DNA from: a bacterium HR21
Lineage (GTDB): Bacteria; Bacteroidota; Ignavibacteria; Kapaibacteriales; HRBIN21
Length of the DNA: 64,000 bases
Direction of reading: 5' to 3'
NCBI GenBank assembly: GCA_002898295.1
Contig: BEHX01000003.1
Span: forward strand, 108,754-172,753
The notes beneath the pieces were generated by a model that saw only the letters and a list, made by a program, of their open reading frames with translations, was not told the DNA's origin and did not search any database. Below are positions 54,958-64,000 of the stretch, in pieces; positions within the stretch are counted from its first letter, which is position 1; each line of letters starts with the position of its first letter. The translations under genes and the position numbers were made by a program.

Positions 54958-56481
54958 TCAGTGTCGGAAGTGCCGCATTCCGGTAAAGACCATCGCCACC
55001 CCGAGGGCATCCGCAGCGGCAATGACCTCCGCATCGCGGACCGAGCCTCCCGGCTGGATCACAGCTGTTGCCCCCGCCGCCACCGCCTCCTGGAGAGCAT
55101 CGGGGAAGGGGAAGAAAGCGTCAGAAGCAACAACGGTGTCCGTGAGGACGACCCCGACGTCGCGCGCCTTACGGATTGCAACACGCACGGCATCCAGTCG
55201 GGATGGCTGCCCCCCGCCGATGGCAACCGTCTGGTCCGCTCGGGCAAAGACAATGGCATTGGACTTCACGTGCTTGACCACACGCCAGGCAAAACGGAGC
55301 GCCGCTTCCTCCTCCGGGGTCGGCAAACGCCGTGTGACGACGCGCCAGCTTCCCGGCGGCAGCAACGCTGTATCGGGCGATTGCACCACCACCCCGCCGA
55401 GAACACTGCGGAATTCCTCGTGCAAAAGCTCCCGTATGGCTCCCGCATCGTAGGTAAGGAGGCGCAGGTTCTTCTTCCGACGCAGCAGCTCGATTGCCTC
55501 TTCGGCAAAAGCCGGGGCAATGACGAGCTCCAGGAACAGCTCCGAAAGCCGCCGGGCAAGCTCCGGGGTGACTTCTCGGTTGACAACCACAATACCCCCG
55601 AAAGGAGAAATCGGGTCTGCCGCCAGTGCCTTTTCCCAGGCGGCTACCAGGTCGTCGTCGCTGCCCACCCCGCACGGCGTTGTGTGCTTGAGAATACCGA
55701 TGGTAGGGCGCTCGAACTCCAGAATCAGCCGCACCGCTGCATCGAGATCGAGCACGTTCGTGTAGGAGAGCTCCTTCCCGTGGAGCTGCCGGAAGCATTG
55801 CCGGAAGCCCTCTCCGTAGAGCCACCCGCTCTGGTGCGGATTTTCTCCATACCGCAAGCGCTGGACCAGCGTGTAGCTGCGGCTCCACCAATGGAGCTCT
55901 TCCTGCCCTGCAGCCAGTGCCGCAGCAATCGCGGCATCGTACGCCGAGGCTCGGGCAAAGGCTTCCGCAGCGCACCGACGGCGGAACTCCTCAGGGATCT
56001 CCCCACGGCGCAGGAGCGCCAGGAACTCCCCGTACTGCTCTGGTCGGACCAAGACCGTTACCCACGGGAAATTCTTCGCTGCCGCCCGTACCAGGGCGGG
56101 TCCGCCGATGTCGATGAACTCCAGCAGCGCCGCCAGATCCCCACTGCGCTGCCGCACCTGCTCGAAGGGATAGAAACCGACCACCACCAGGTCAATTGGT
56201 TCGATACCCAGGCGCTGCAGCTGCGCCAGGTGCTCCGGCTGGTCCCGCCGAGCCAGAATCGCCGCATGCAGAAGCGGGTGGAGCGTCTTGACACGCCCGT
56301 CCAGAATCGGCGGGAAGCCTGTTAGCTCCGAGACAGTCTGTACCGGAAGCCCCTCTGCCCGGAGGAACGCTCCCGTCCCGTCAGAGGCAAGGAGCTGGAC
56401 ACCGTGGTCGCGGAGAGCACGGGCGAATTCTCTCAGCCCAGCCTTATCCCACACGCTCAGAAGCGCTCTCCGTACGGACAT
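54958..56481 (-). CDS. purH: Bifunctional AICAR formyltransferase/IMP cyclohydrolase
   Basis: RALLSVWDKAG, GRVKTLHP, IDIGGP, LRYGENPHQ, KHVKSNAI, ASDAFFPF, IQPGGS, RHFRH. Confidence 0.97.
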   Translation of the reverse strand: MSVRRALLSVWDKAGLREFARALRDHGVQLLASDGTGAFLRAEGLPVQTVSELTGFPPILDGRVKTLHPLLHAAILARRDQPEHLAQLQRLGIEPIDLVVVGFYPFEQVRQRSGDLAALLEFIDIGGPALVRAAAKNFPWVTVLVRPEQYGEFLALLRRGEIPEEFRRRCAAEAFARASAYDAAIAAALAAGQEELHWWSRSYTLVQRLRYGENPHQSGWLYGEGFRQCFRQLHGKELSYTNVLDLDAAVRLILEFERPTIGILKHTTPCGVGSDDDLVAAWEKALAADPISPFGGIVVVNREVTPELARRLSELFLELVIAPAFAEEAIELLRRKKNLRLLTYDAGAIRELLHEEFRSVLGGVVVQSPDTALLPPGSWRVVTRRLPTPEEEAALRFAWRVVKHVKSNAIVFARADQTVAIGGGQPSRLDAVRVAIRKARDVGVVLTDTVVASDAFFPFPDALQEAVAAGATAVIQPGGSVRDAEVIAAADALGVAMVFTGMRHFRH

Positions 56482-57664
56482 CGGACTGTGAGAGCCGTTG
56501 CACGTACAGCGAGGAAGCAACCCCTATCGCCCCCAGAATCAGAGCAGCTGAGCCGAAGGAGAGCAGGGGTGAGAACGCAAGCGCACCGTTGCCCCAGAGC
56601 GGTCCGAGAATCCGCGCCAGCCCCTCTAGCGAGGTTGTCACTCCTTGCAGGCTGCCTTGGTACGCCGGAGGCACTGCCCGACTGAGAACGCTCAGGAGGG
56701 TCGGGATAGTTATCCCGGAGCCAACCGCTGCCGGGATTAGGCAGAGAACGAACAGCACCACCGACGGCGCCACCGATGCCCCGCCTAGCCCAACGGCAGC
56801 CATCGTAATCCCAACCTGGAACGCCCTGCCATCGCCGAGCCGGCGTGTCAGACGCTCAACGAGCACAAGCTGGGTGAAAACCCCCACAGCCCCGACAAAC
56901 GCCAGCAGGTAGCCCACATGGCGCTCTCCAAGTCCGAAACGCCGATGAACCAGCAGGGCAAACCCTGTCTGGTACACTGCCTGGCAACTCCAGAAGAGGA
57001 AGTCGAAGAGCAAGAAAGGGCGCAGCGGTTTATACGCCCAAACACGGCGGATTCCCTCGCTCCACGCCGGTATCCCGCCACCTGTCGTCCGATGCCGAGC
57101 AGGCTCGGGTAAGCCCAGAAACGTCCAGAGAGCCGCCACTGTGCTCAAGGTCGCAGCACCCCAGGCAGGTGCCGAGATCCCCCAGATTGCCAGAACCGCC
57201 CCTACCAAGGGTCCAGCAATGAAGCCAATCCCGAAAGCTGCTCCGATGAGCCCAAAGCCGCGCGCCCGCTCCCGCTCCTCGAGAATGTCAGCCAGGTACG
57301 CCCGCACCGTGGTGATAATGCCACCACAGGCGCCATCGACAATCCGTGCCACGAAGAGCCACTCCAGCGAGGGCGCTAGCGCCATGATGACGTAACCAGC
57401 TGCCGCCCCGAAGAGCCCCAGCAGCAAGAAGGGTTTCCTCCCATACCGGTCCGAGAGCGCTCCCCACAGCGGTGATGCAAGTAACTGGGCAATGGAAAAG
57501 CTCGAAAACAGCAGCCCAATCTCCAGCTCCGAGGCGCCCATCCGCTGCCCGTAAAAAGGCAGCAGCGGGATAATGATGCCAAAGCCAATCAGGTTCGTCA
57601 GCGTTGCCCCAAAGAGGATGGCAAGCGCCCGCCTGCGGGGCACAGCGCCAGAGTCTTGCACCAT
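56444..57664 (-). CDS. MFS transporter (DHA1/TetA-like)
   Basis: GFGIIIPLLP, GALSDRYGRKP motif A, ARIVDG, about 12 TM segments. Confidence 0.92.
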   Translation of the reverse strand: MVQDSGAVPRRRALAILFGATLTNLIGFGIIIPLLPFYGQRMGASELEIGLLFSSFSIAQLLASPLWGALSDRYGRKPFLLLGLFGAAAGYVIMALAPSLEWLFVARIVDGACGGIITTVRAYLADILEERERARGFGLIGAAFGIGFIAGPLVGAVLAIWGISAPAWGAATLSTVAALWTFLGLPEPARHRTTGGGIPAWSEGIRRVWAYKPLRPFLLFDFLFWSCQAVYQTGFALLVHRRFGLGERHVGYLLAFVGAVGVFTQLVLVERLTRRLGDGRAFQVGITMAAVGLGGASVAPSVVLFVLCLIPAAVGSGITIPTLLSVLSRAVPPAYQGSLQGVTTSLEGLARILGPLWGNGALAFSPLLSFGSAALILGAIGVASSLYVQRLSQSDVRTESASERVG

Positions 57665-57687
57665 TGTCCCGTCCTCTGCACGGCACA

Positions 57688-57695
57688 CAAACTTA
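57688..57695 (-). promoter_or_regulatory. -7 promoter element (TAAGTTTG) of MFS-purH
   Basis: Exact TAnnTTTG flanked by a 9-bp direct repeat. Confidence 0.55.
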
Positions 57696-57745
57696 CGGCA
57701 CACCCCCTGACTCCTCCGGAAGAGCGTTCCCATCTACCACGTTCC

Positions 57746-58780
57746 TCAGCGGCGCAACCAGAATCGAACAACGGTTCCAACTCCCGGGGTACTCTCCAGC
57801 TCATAGGGCGCCTGATGCGCTTCCAGAATGTGCTTGACAATAGCCAATCCCAGCCCACTTCCCTCGGAGGCAAGCGCCTGCGCTGAGCGCACACGGTAGA
57901 AGCGCTCGAAGACCCGCTCCTGGTGCTCCTTCGGGATGCCAATACCGGTATCGGCAACCTCTACCCGCACGGTCTTCCCCTGCGGCTCGAGCCGTACCCA
58001 GACCGAGCCTCCAGGGCGGTTGTACTTGAGGGCATTGTCGACGAGGTTGAGCAGTACTTGCTCGATCCGCTCCCGGTCTGCCACCACTTCAAGCGGCTCC
58101 TCGCAAACCTGCAGCTCCAGCCGCACTTCCCACTGGCGTGCGCGCTCTTCGAAAACCGTAAGCACTTGCCGGGCAAGCTCCCCGAGATCGAAGACCCGCA
58201 CCCGCATGCGGACAGCACCGCTTTCAATCTGCGAAAGCTCCATGAGCCGCGTCAGCAGCGCCTCTAACCGCTGTGCATGGTGGAGCGCCTTCTGCGCGAA
58301 TCCCTGTGCCATTGGCTCCAGCGGAAGTTCCGCCAATGCCTCCAGGTAACCGCGCAGGGCAAAGAGCGGATTCCGCAGCTCGTGTGAGACATTGCCCAAA
58401 AACTCGCTCCGAACACGTTCGAGCTTGCGTACCCGCATCAGCTCATGCTCGACCTGCGCCACCAGCGCATTGAGCCGTTCGAGAAGCCCGCGAAACTCCT
58501 CAGGGAAATCAGCCGGGGCGAAACGGAACGAGAACAGGCCCTGGGACAGCCGCTCCAAGCGCTCGGCAATGTCACCCATCCAGAACGCAAGCCACCTGCG
58601 GAACTGCTTCCGCCATTGCCGCAGCAGGACCCCCAACCCGAGTGCTCCAATCCCCACCACGAGCAGTCCCCACCACGGTGCGCCCGCCGCCGCTATCCCC
58701 GCACCCGCCACCCCAAGCCCAATGCCTAGGGACACAAGCCCGAGCAGACGCCTCCGCCAGAACTCCCACAGACTGCTCAC
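57746..58780 (-). CDS. Sensor histidine kinase (PhoR-like)
   Basis: Two TM segments, NVSHELRNPL H-box, NLVDNALKYN, DTGIGI, GSGLGLAIV. GTG start overlapping the yihY stop (GTGA). Confidence 0.9.
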   Translation of the reverse strand: MSSLWEFWRRRLLGLVSLGIGLGVAGAGIAAAGAPWWGLLVVGIGALGLGVLLRQWRKQFRRWLAFWMGDIAERLERLSQGLFSFRFAPADFPEEFRGLLERLNALVAQVEHELMRVRKLERVRSEFLGNVSHELRNPLFALRGYLEALAELPLEPMAQGFAQKALHHAQRLEALLTRLMELSQIESGAVRMRVRVFDLGELARQVLTVFEERARQWEVRLELQVCEEPLEVVADRERIEQVLLNLVDNALKYNRPGGSVWVRLEPQGKTVRVEVADTGIGIPKEHQERVFERFYRVRSAQALASEGSGLGLAIVKHILEAHQAPYELESTPGVGTVVRFWLRR

Positions 58781-59658
58781 CACCGCCTCTGCGCACTCAT
58801 AACCGCACTGACCGTCCCGGAGAGCAAGATGACGAACGCCACTACGTACGCCCAGACCACGAGCGAGACCACCGCGGCATAACCTCCGTAAATCCAGCCC
58901 CACGGCGCCACATGCTCCAAGTACCAGACGTAGCCAACCCGCACCACTTCCGTCAGCACCACTGCACTGACCACTGCCACAGCTACCTGCCTGCCCGATA
59001 GCCGAACCAGCGGCACGAACCGGAAAATGAAGCCGAACAGGAGCAGCTCCACCCCGATCGAGACCACTGCTCCCATACCCCACCGAAGTCCCCCACGCCA
59101 GTTCTCCGGCAGGAAGCTTGTCCCCCAGGCAGCTGCTACACTCCAGCCCACGAGCACCGCCGCAGCAATCAAGGTCAGGCTCAGCAACCCAAGTGTCAGC
59201 ACCATATCCCGGAGCCGAGTCCAGAGGAACATCTTCGTCCTGCTGAGCGGTGGCAGCTGAAACACCACGTGCAGCGCGGAACGCACGGACTGCAACAGTG
59301 CCGACGCCGTCCACAGGAGCGCAAGCACGCCCGCAATCCCGGCTGCAGAACGCCGCTCCAGGAGCAGCTCCAGCTGCTGCAAAGCTTTCTGGAGAAATAC
59401 TCGTAGCTGCTCCGTCGGCACGAAAATCCCGAATACCCGCTGGAGAGCTGCCTCCACAAACTCTGCCGGAACTATCAGCGTAAAGAGCCAGAGCGCCACA
59501 AGCCCCAGCGGGATAAAGCATAGCCCGATATTGAACGCAATCCCTGCAGCCAGCAGGTAGAGATGCCGCCGACGGAGGCACTCTTCCACCGCCAGCAGGA
59601 ACCGTCCTCCCCGTCGCAGACGCCAGAAGAGGGGATGCCACCAGCGCCGGTGCTTCAT
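58777..59658 (-). CDS. YihY/virulence factor BrkB family membrane protein
   Basis: AAGIAFN...FIPL, LLWTAS, LFGFIFRFVP, YGGYAAVVSLVVWAY. Confidence 0.88.
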   Translation of the reverse strand: MKHRRWWHPLFWRLRRGGRFLLAVEECLRRRHLYLLAAGIAFNIGLCFIPLGLVALWLFTLIVPAEFVEAALQRVFGIFVPTEQLRVFLQKALQQLELLLERRSAAGIAGVLALLWTASALLQSVRSALHVVFQLPPLSRTKMFLWTRLRDMVLTLGLLSLTLIAAAVLVGWSVAAAWGTSFLPENWRGGLRWGMGAVVSIGVELLLFGFIFRFVPLVRLSGRQVAVAVVSAVVLTEVVRVGYVWYLEHVAPWGWIYGGYAAVVSLVVWAYVVAFVILLSGTVSAVMSAQRRW

Positions 59659-61160
59659 AACTGGTCCTGCTGCCGTGGGAACCGGAATCGCACGCATGTT
59701 CCGCGTCCGGGTGTGCTCTCTAGCTCGATCCGCCCTCCATGGGCCTCTACAATCCAGCGCACAATTGCCAAGCCTAACCCGGCTCCATCGCTACCGGTCA
59801 GCCGAGCCCGCGACTTCTCAACCCGGTAGAAGCGCTCAAAGACCCGCGGCTGCTCCTCGGGAGGGATACCAATGCCTGTGTCGCTGACCTCGATGATCGC
59901 CTCGTGCCCCTCGGACCGCACGCGGAGCTGGATCTGTCCGCCGGATGGGGTGTACTTGAGAGCATTGTCCACAACGTTGAGCACTGCTTGCCGCAGGCGC
60001 AGCGCATCGCCGAAGATGCGGACCTCTGGAGCAGCATCCAGAGAAATCCGGAGTCCGCGCTCGTGTGCGAGGACTTCGATGTCCTGGGCAATCTCTTGGA
60101 CGAGGGCGGTAAGATCCACAGGCTCATGCTCCAGCACGAGCTGTCCACTCTCTGCCCGGGTCAGCTCTAGGAGGCGCTCCACAATGCGGTGGAGCCGCAG
60201 CACCTCTTCCAGGACACTCGACAGCACGGCTTCGTACTCCTCGGGGCTCTTCCGCGAACGCAATGCCAGCTCCAATTCTCCGAGCAAAATGGTCAAAGGT
60301 GTGCGCAGCTCATGGGAGACATCGGCGCTGAACTGCCGAACCTGCTGAAACGAGGTCTCCAGACGGGCAATCATCTGGTTGAGCGTCCGTGCCAGCTGCG
60401 CCAGTTCGTCATTGGTCGGCGGTTCGGGAATCCGCAGGCTCAAATTGTGCGCCGTGATCGTCTCGGCCGTCTGCCGGATGATCTCCACCGGGCGCAGCGA
60501 CGCCCGCGCCAAGAACCAGCCTCCGACCACAGACACCAGGAGGACCGCCGGCACGGCCCACAGCAGGACGAACGCCAGCCGCTGCAGTACTGCTTCGATC
60601 TCCTGCACACTATAGCCGACAGCGATCTGCGCCAGCCGAGTACGGTACACCCGCAAGCGCTGGAGTTCCCCCTGCACAGAGGCTTGCAAGCTGCGGGACT
60701 CTCCGACCTCCAGCCCTGAGACCACCGGGAGGCTATCCCCGAGCAGGTTCTCCGAACGCCAAACGATACGCCCATCAGGCAAGGCGATCTGGATGGTGTA
60801 GCTCCGCGGGTTGAGCAGCACGTACTGGTAAATCGCACTCCAGACGGGGCTCTCCAGGGTATCGCTGGGCAATGGACCGACGAATTCCCGGAGCGGGCGC
60901 TCGAAGGGAAAGAGTTCCCCACGGTGCACCGAGAGCCGAGCGCGATGCGGAGGACGCAGCGGCTGCCGGCTCTGCTCAGCAGAACGCTCTAAAATGAAGG
61001 CCAGCGAGCGCACTACCTGCTCCAGAGAGCGCTCCAAGCTCCGGTACAGCTCCTGGCGTACGCTCCAGTACCAGAAAGCACCAAACCCACCGAGCACGGC
61101 TGCAACAAGCCCGCTATACCAAAGCGTGAGCCGCACCCGCAGGGACAACCGCCGGATCAT
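59655..61160 (-). CDS. HAMP-domain sensor histidine kinase
   Basis: SLRVRLTLWY, HAMP (RPVEIIRQTA...DELAQLARTLNQM), DVSHELRTPL, NVVDNALKYT, GAGLGLAIV. Confidence 0.92.
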   Translation of the reverse strand: MIRRLSLRVRLTLWYSGLVAAVLGGFGAFWYWSVRQELYRSLERSLEQVVRSLAFILERSAEQSRQPLRPPHRARLSVHRGELFPFERPLREFVGPLPSDTLESPVWSAIYQYVLLNPRSYTIQIALPDGRIVWRSENLLGDSLPVVSGLEVGESRSLQASVQGELQRLRVYRTRLAQIAVGYSVQEIEAVLQRLAFVLLWAVPAVLLVSVVGGWFLARASLRPVEIIRQTAETITAHNLSLRIPEPPTNDELAQLARTLNQMIARLETSFQQVRQFSADVSHELRTPLTILLGELELALRSRKSPEEYEAVLSSVLEEVLRLHRIVERLLELTRAESGQLVLEHEPVDLTALVQEIAQDIEVLAHERGLRISLDAAPEVRIFGDALRLRQAVLNVVDNALKYTPSGGQIQLRVRSEGHEAIIEVSDTGIGIPPEEQPRVFERFYRVEKSRARLTGSDGAGLGLAIVRWIVEAHGGRIELESTPGRGTCVRFRFPRQQDQL

Positions 61161-61741
61161 CGCCGTGCCCGCTGCGAAAGCTCCCGGGATGCCTTCTCGT
61201 ACCACTCTTCTCCAAAGGCGCGCTCAAGCCCCTGCCGCACCATCTCCAGGACACTCACACCGAGCCGCCGTCCATTCCCATACGCCGGCGCACACTCCGG
61301 GAAAGGGTCAAAGACCAGGAAGCGTTGCTCCCCGTGCTGCCGCAAACGCAGTGGGAAAAGCTGGCACGAGAGCGGCTTACACCACCGTGTCAACCCCATC
61401 TCGTAAGCTCGCTGCAACGCACACCGAGCAATTCCCCGCTCCCAGACGACGAAGACGCACGGTCCCTCCTCGACACAGCGTGTAAAGACACGCCCGGAGC
61501 GCTCCAGTACCGCACCCTGCCGACGGATTACCTCCTGTGCCTCCGCCGAGAGAAAAGGCATCACCACCGGGAGCACCTCCTCCAGGAGCGAGCGCTCCCC
61601 CTCAACGAGCGGTGCCCCCTCGGCACCGGGAACCGTGCAGCAGGCACCGCCGCAGCGCTCCACATCACAGGCGAAAGGCACCTCGGCAAGGGAACTTTCT
61701 ACCAAGACGTCGCCAACCGGGAGAAAATGTCCTCGGCTCAT
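61157..61741 (-). CDS. DUF3109 family cysteine-rich protein
   Basis: FACDVERCGGACC, CVF, CAL, KPLSCQLFPLR, CAPA. Confidence 0.85.
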   Translation of the reverse strand: MSRGHFLPVGDVLVESSLAEVPFACDVERCGGACCTVPGAEGAPLVEGERSLLEEVLPVVMPFLSAEAQEVIRRQGAVLERSGRVFTRCVEEGPCVFVVWERGIARCALQRAYEMGLTRWCKPLSCQLFPLRLRQHGEQRFLVFDPFPECAPAYGNGRRLGVSVLEMVRQGLERAFGEEWYEKASRELSQRARR

Positions 61742-62442
61742 ACCCCACGCCGGTCCGGGTCCCAAATGTACTTGTGCAGCTGCAGCTGGAGACGCACAGG
61801 AAGCCGGTCGTGCAGAATCCACTCCGCTAACTGCTGCGGGGCAAGCAGCCCAAACGCCGGGGAGAAGAGCACCACCGCGACTCGCTCCGCAAGCCGGTAC
61901 TGCTCCACCACCCGACAGGCAAACTCGTAATCACGCCGGTCCGCAATGACGAATTTGACCTCATCGTGCTGCCGCACCAGCTCCAGATTCCGCCAGTACA
62001 TCAGCGGTGTCATGCGCGAGGACGGGCACTTGACGTCCACAATGCACACCACCCGCTCATCGAGGAGCTCAATGCTCACGTGCCCGCCGGTTTCGACCGC
62101 GACGGTATAGCCCTCATTGCACAGCAGACGCATCAGCCCGAAACTGCCCCACTGCTCCAGCGGCTCCCCACCGGTGAATTCGACGAACGAACAGCCGTAC
62201 GACCGAACTCGCTGCACAATCTCCGCTCCGCAGAGCCACTGACCTCCCCGGCGCCGGTCGAGAGCGTAGGGCGTATCACACCAGCTACAGCGCAGCTTAC
62301 ATCCCTGCAGGCGCACAAACACGCAGGGCATGCCAGCACGGCTACCCTCGCCCTGGATGGAGTAGAAAATCTCGCTGACGTGGAAGCGCTCCGCCAGCGG
62401 ATCAATCGCAGCCAGCGCCTCCTGTGTCGGTTGCACCACCAT
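61738..62442 (-). CDS. queE: 7-carboxy-7-deazaguanine synthase (radical SAM)
   Basis: SEIFYSIQGEG, FVRLQGCKLRCSWCDT (CX3CX2C), TGGEP, ETGG, LQLHK. Confidence 0.93.
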   Translation of the reverse strand: MVVQPTQEALAAIDPLAERFHVSEIFYSIQGEGSRAGMPCVFVRLQGCKLRCSWCDTPYALDRRRGGQWLCGAEIVQRVRSYGCSFVEFTGGEPLEQWGSFGLMRLLCNEGYTVAVETGGHVSIELLDERVVCIVDVKCPSSRMTPLMYWRNLELVRQHDEVKFVIADRRDYEFACRVVEQYRLAERVAVVLFSPAFGLLAPQQLAEWILHDRLPVRLQLQLHKYIWDPDRRGV

Positions 62443-62480
62443 TGCGCCACGACCCAATGACGCTTCTCGGTGGAGACGAA

Positions 62481-63473
62481 CTACCGCAGGCGAACATGCT
62501 CCCACATCCAACATATCCCCCCGACGAGCAATACCAGGAGGGTACTCAGTCCATGCGCCACAACGGCGTAGGCAAGCGCTTCCCCCGACCCGACACCGAA
62601 GAGCTCCACGAGCGCCAACTGTACAGTGACGTGGTATACCCCCGCCGCCGACGGGGTCGGCGCCACGGCAATAGCAACGGCGGAAATTACTAGCAATTCA
62701 AACGCTTCCAGTGGTCCCAGTGGCAGAGCAAAAATGCGGCACAGCCCGTAGAGCGGGAGCCAGTAGCAGACCCACATCGCCACCGTCAGCAGGGCAAGAG
62801 CTCCGTACAGCCGTGGTTGCCCCAGCGCAGAGAGCCCCTGCTGGAGTCCTTCGAGCAGGCGCGCACCACGTCCTTCCGCCCATGGACTCCATCGCTGGAG
62901 CCACCGCAGGAGGAACCGCCCCCACCACTTGGCATAGGCCACCACCACTACTCCTGCGGTAGCAAGGGCAAGGGCAAGGAGCAGAGAACCGACCAGGCTC
63001 CATCCTCCGGCACCAATCACACCGAGATGGTCGGCGAAGAGCACTGCCCCAATGCCTCCCAAGACAGCCAGTGTCAGCACATCGAGGAAGCGCTCCGCTA
63101 CGACGCTGGAGAGCACAACCGCCAGAGGCATTTCTGCCCGACGGCTCAAGATGTACGGGCGCACAAGCTCTCCTGCTCGCGGCAGGAGAGCATTGACGGC
63201 GTAGCCGATCATGACTGCAGAGAAAGCCTCCAGGACCCGCGGTGCCTGCCCAAGGGCTGCGCGCAGCAGAAGCTGCCAGCGCCAGGCTCGCACGAGGTGC
63301 GAGAGCAACACCACGGGAACCAGCGTCCAGAGCCACCCCGACTGTACCTGCCGGAGAGCCTCCAGGAAAGCCCCCCACTCCGTCACCCGGAGAGCCAACC
63401 AGAGAGAGATCCCAAGGACTGCAAGGCTCACCCCCCAGCGGATGAGCCTCCGCCACCGTTCAGGACGCCGCAT
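62481..63473 (-). CDS. Lysylphosphatidylglycerol synthase TM region / UPF0104 membrane protein
   Basis: RAWRWQLLL, GYAVNALLPRAGELVR, VVAERFLD, PTPSAAGVY. Confidence 0.85.
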   Translation of the reverse strand: MRRPERWRRLIRWGVSLAVLGISLWLALRVTEWGAFLEALRQVQSGWLWTLVPVVLLSHLVRAWRWQLLLRAALGQAPRVLEAFSAVMIGYAVNALLPRAGELVRPYILSRRAEMPLAVVLSSVVAERFLDVLTLAVLGGIGAVLFADHLGVIGAGGWSLVGSLLLALALATAGVVVVAYAKWWGRFLLRWLQRWSPWAEGRGARLLEGLQQGLSALGQPRLYGALALLTVAMWVCYWLPLYGLCRIFALPLGPLEAFELLVISAVAIAVAPTPSAAGVYHVTVQLALVELFGVGSGEALAYAVVAHGLSTLLVLLVGGICWMWEHVRLR

Positions 63474-64000
63474 GCACAGGAACCAAGCTTGTCCATCCGT
63501 GGGCGAAAAAGCGCCGGAGCGCTTCCCCTGTGTGCGAGTGCGGGACTTGCGCAACCTTCTCTGGCGTCCCCACCGCGACGACGAAGCCCCCCGCATCCCC
63601 TGCCTCCGGTCCTAAGTCGATGATCCAGTCCGCTGCCGCAATGACATGGAGATGATGCTCGATGACCACAACCGAGTGTCCTCGCTCAACGAGCTGGGTG
63701 AGCACAGATAGCAAGCGAGCCACATCGTGGAGATGGAGCCCTGTGGTCGGCTCGTCGAGCAAAAAGAGCGTGTGCCCAGGGGTCTCTTCCAGCAGATACG
63801 CTGCCAACTTCAGCCGTTGGGCTTCTCCACCGGAGAGCATCGTGGTGGGCTGCCCCAAGCGGAGATAGCCCAGCCCCACCTGCTGCAGCGGGAGCAAGCG
63901 CTCCACAATCCGGCGATGCTCAGCGAAGAACGCTATAGCCTCCTCCACGGTCATGTTCAGCACGTCCACAATGCTTTTGCCCCGGTAGCGCGCGTTGAGG
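63460..64000 (-). CDS. uvrA: Excinuclease ABC subunit A, C-terminal part (5'-truncated by the window edge)
   Basis: GKSIVDVLNMTVEEA, GLGYLRLGQPTTMLSGGEAQRLKLA, LDEPTTGLH, IEHHL, IDLGPEAG..GG. Confidence 0.95.
   Translation of the reverse strand, partial: LNARYRGKSIVDVLNMTVEEAIAFFAEHRRIVERLLPLQQVGLGYLRLGQPTTMLSGGEAQRLKLAAYLLEETPGHTLFLLDEPTTGLHLHDVARLLSVLTQLVERGHSVVVIEHHLHVIAAADWIIDLGPEAGDAGGFVVAVGTPEKVAQVPHSHTGEALRRFFAHGWTSLVPVHAAS

Noticed and set aside
54961-56325. 454-aa plus-strand ORF opposite purH
   Set aside because: Codon-register mirror of purH. Such stop-free antisense frames are expected at this GC.
58781-59641. 287-codon upstream extension of the PhoR-like kinase ORF overlapping yihY in another frame
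   Set aside because: Ala/Gly/Arg-rich non-protein-like sequence. A GTGA coupled start at 58780 explains the gene, and I saw no slippery site suggesting a fusion.
1-64000. CRISPR arrays, IS elements, prophage, toxin-antitoxin or defence genes
   Set aside because: No regularly spaced repeats, transposase, integrase or phage-like ORFs were seen, and intergenic gaps are too short to hide them.

Overview
Gene-dense, uniformly GC-rich bacterial chromosome segment (roughly 60-65% GC by eye). It has about 60 CDS, 2 tRNAs and a TPP riboswitch. I found no mobile elements, CRISPR arrays or compositional islands. Marker families (PorV/PorQ, GWxTD, DUF4286, DUF3109, long SecA, TonB receptor) and Bacteroidota-type TAnnTTYG promoter elements point to the FCB superphylum. 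An uncultured thermophile such as Ca. Kapabacteria/OPB56 is my inference, not a verified assignment. Most genes are housekeeping (secA, parAB, gmk, rluD, purH, etfAB, kdsB, dapD, speB, lptB, queE, uvrA, pepA/pepP). The most notable items are: (1) an intact five-gene type III export gate fliP-fliQ-fliR-flhB-flhA with no other flagellar or injectisome gene beside it, a variant NPVH cleavage motif in FlhB, and a sigma54-like upstream element; (2) a 975-aa GT9-GT4-TPR fusion with a Cys4 motif; (3) an ECF sigma / zinc-less anti-sigma / TlpA module suggesting periplasmic redox control; (4) a recurrent -7 promoter motif at 10 gene starts; (5) a YceI-porin-SRPBCC envelope module; (6) several unannotated cis-elements and a small ORF. 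Many starts in the supplied ORF track were moved downstream to the likely real start. All functional calls come from motif recognition by eye; no database searches were run.
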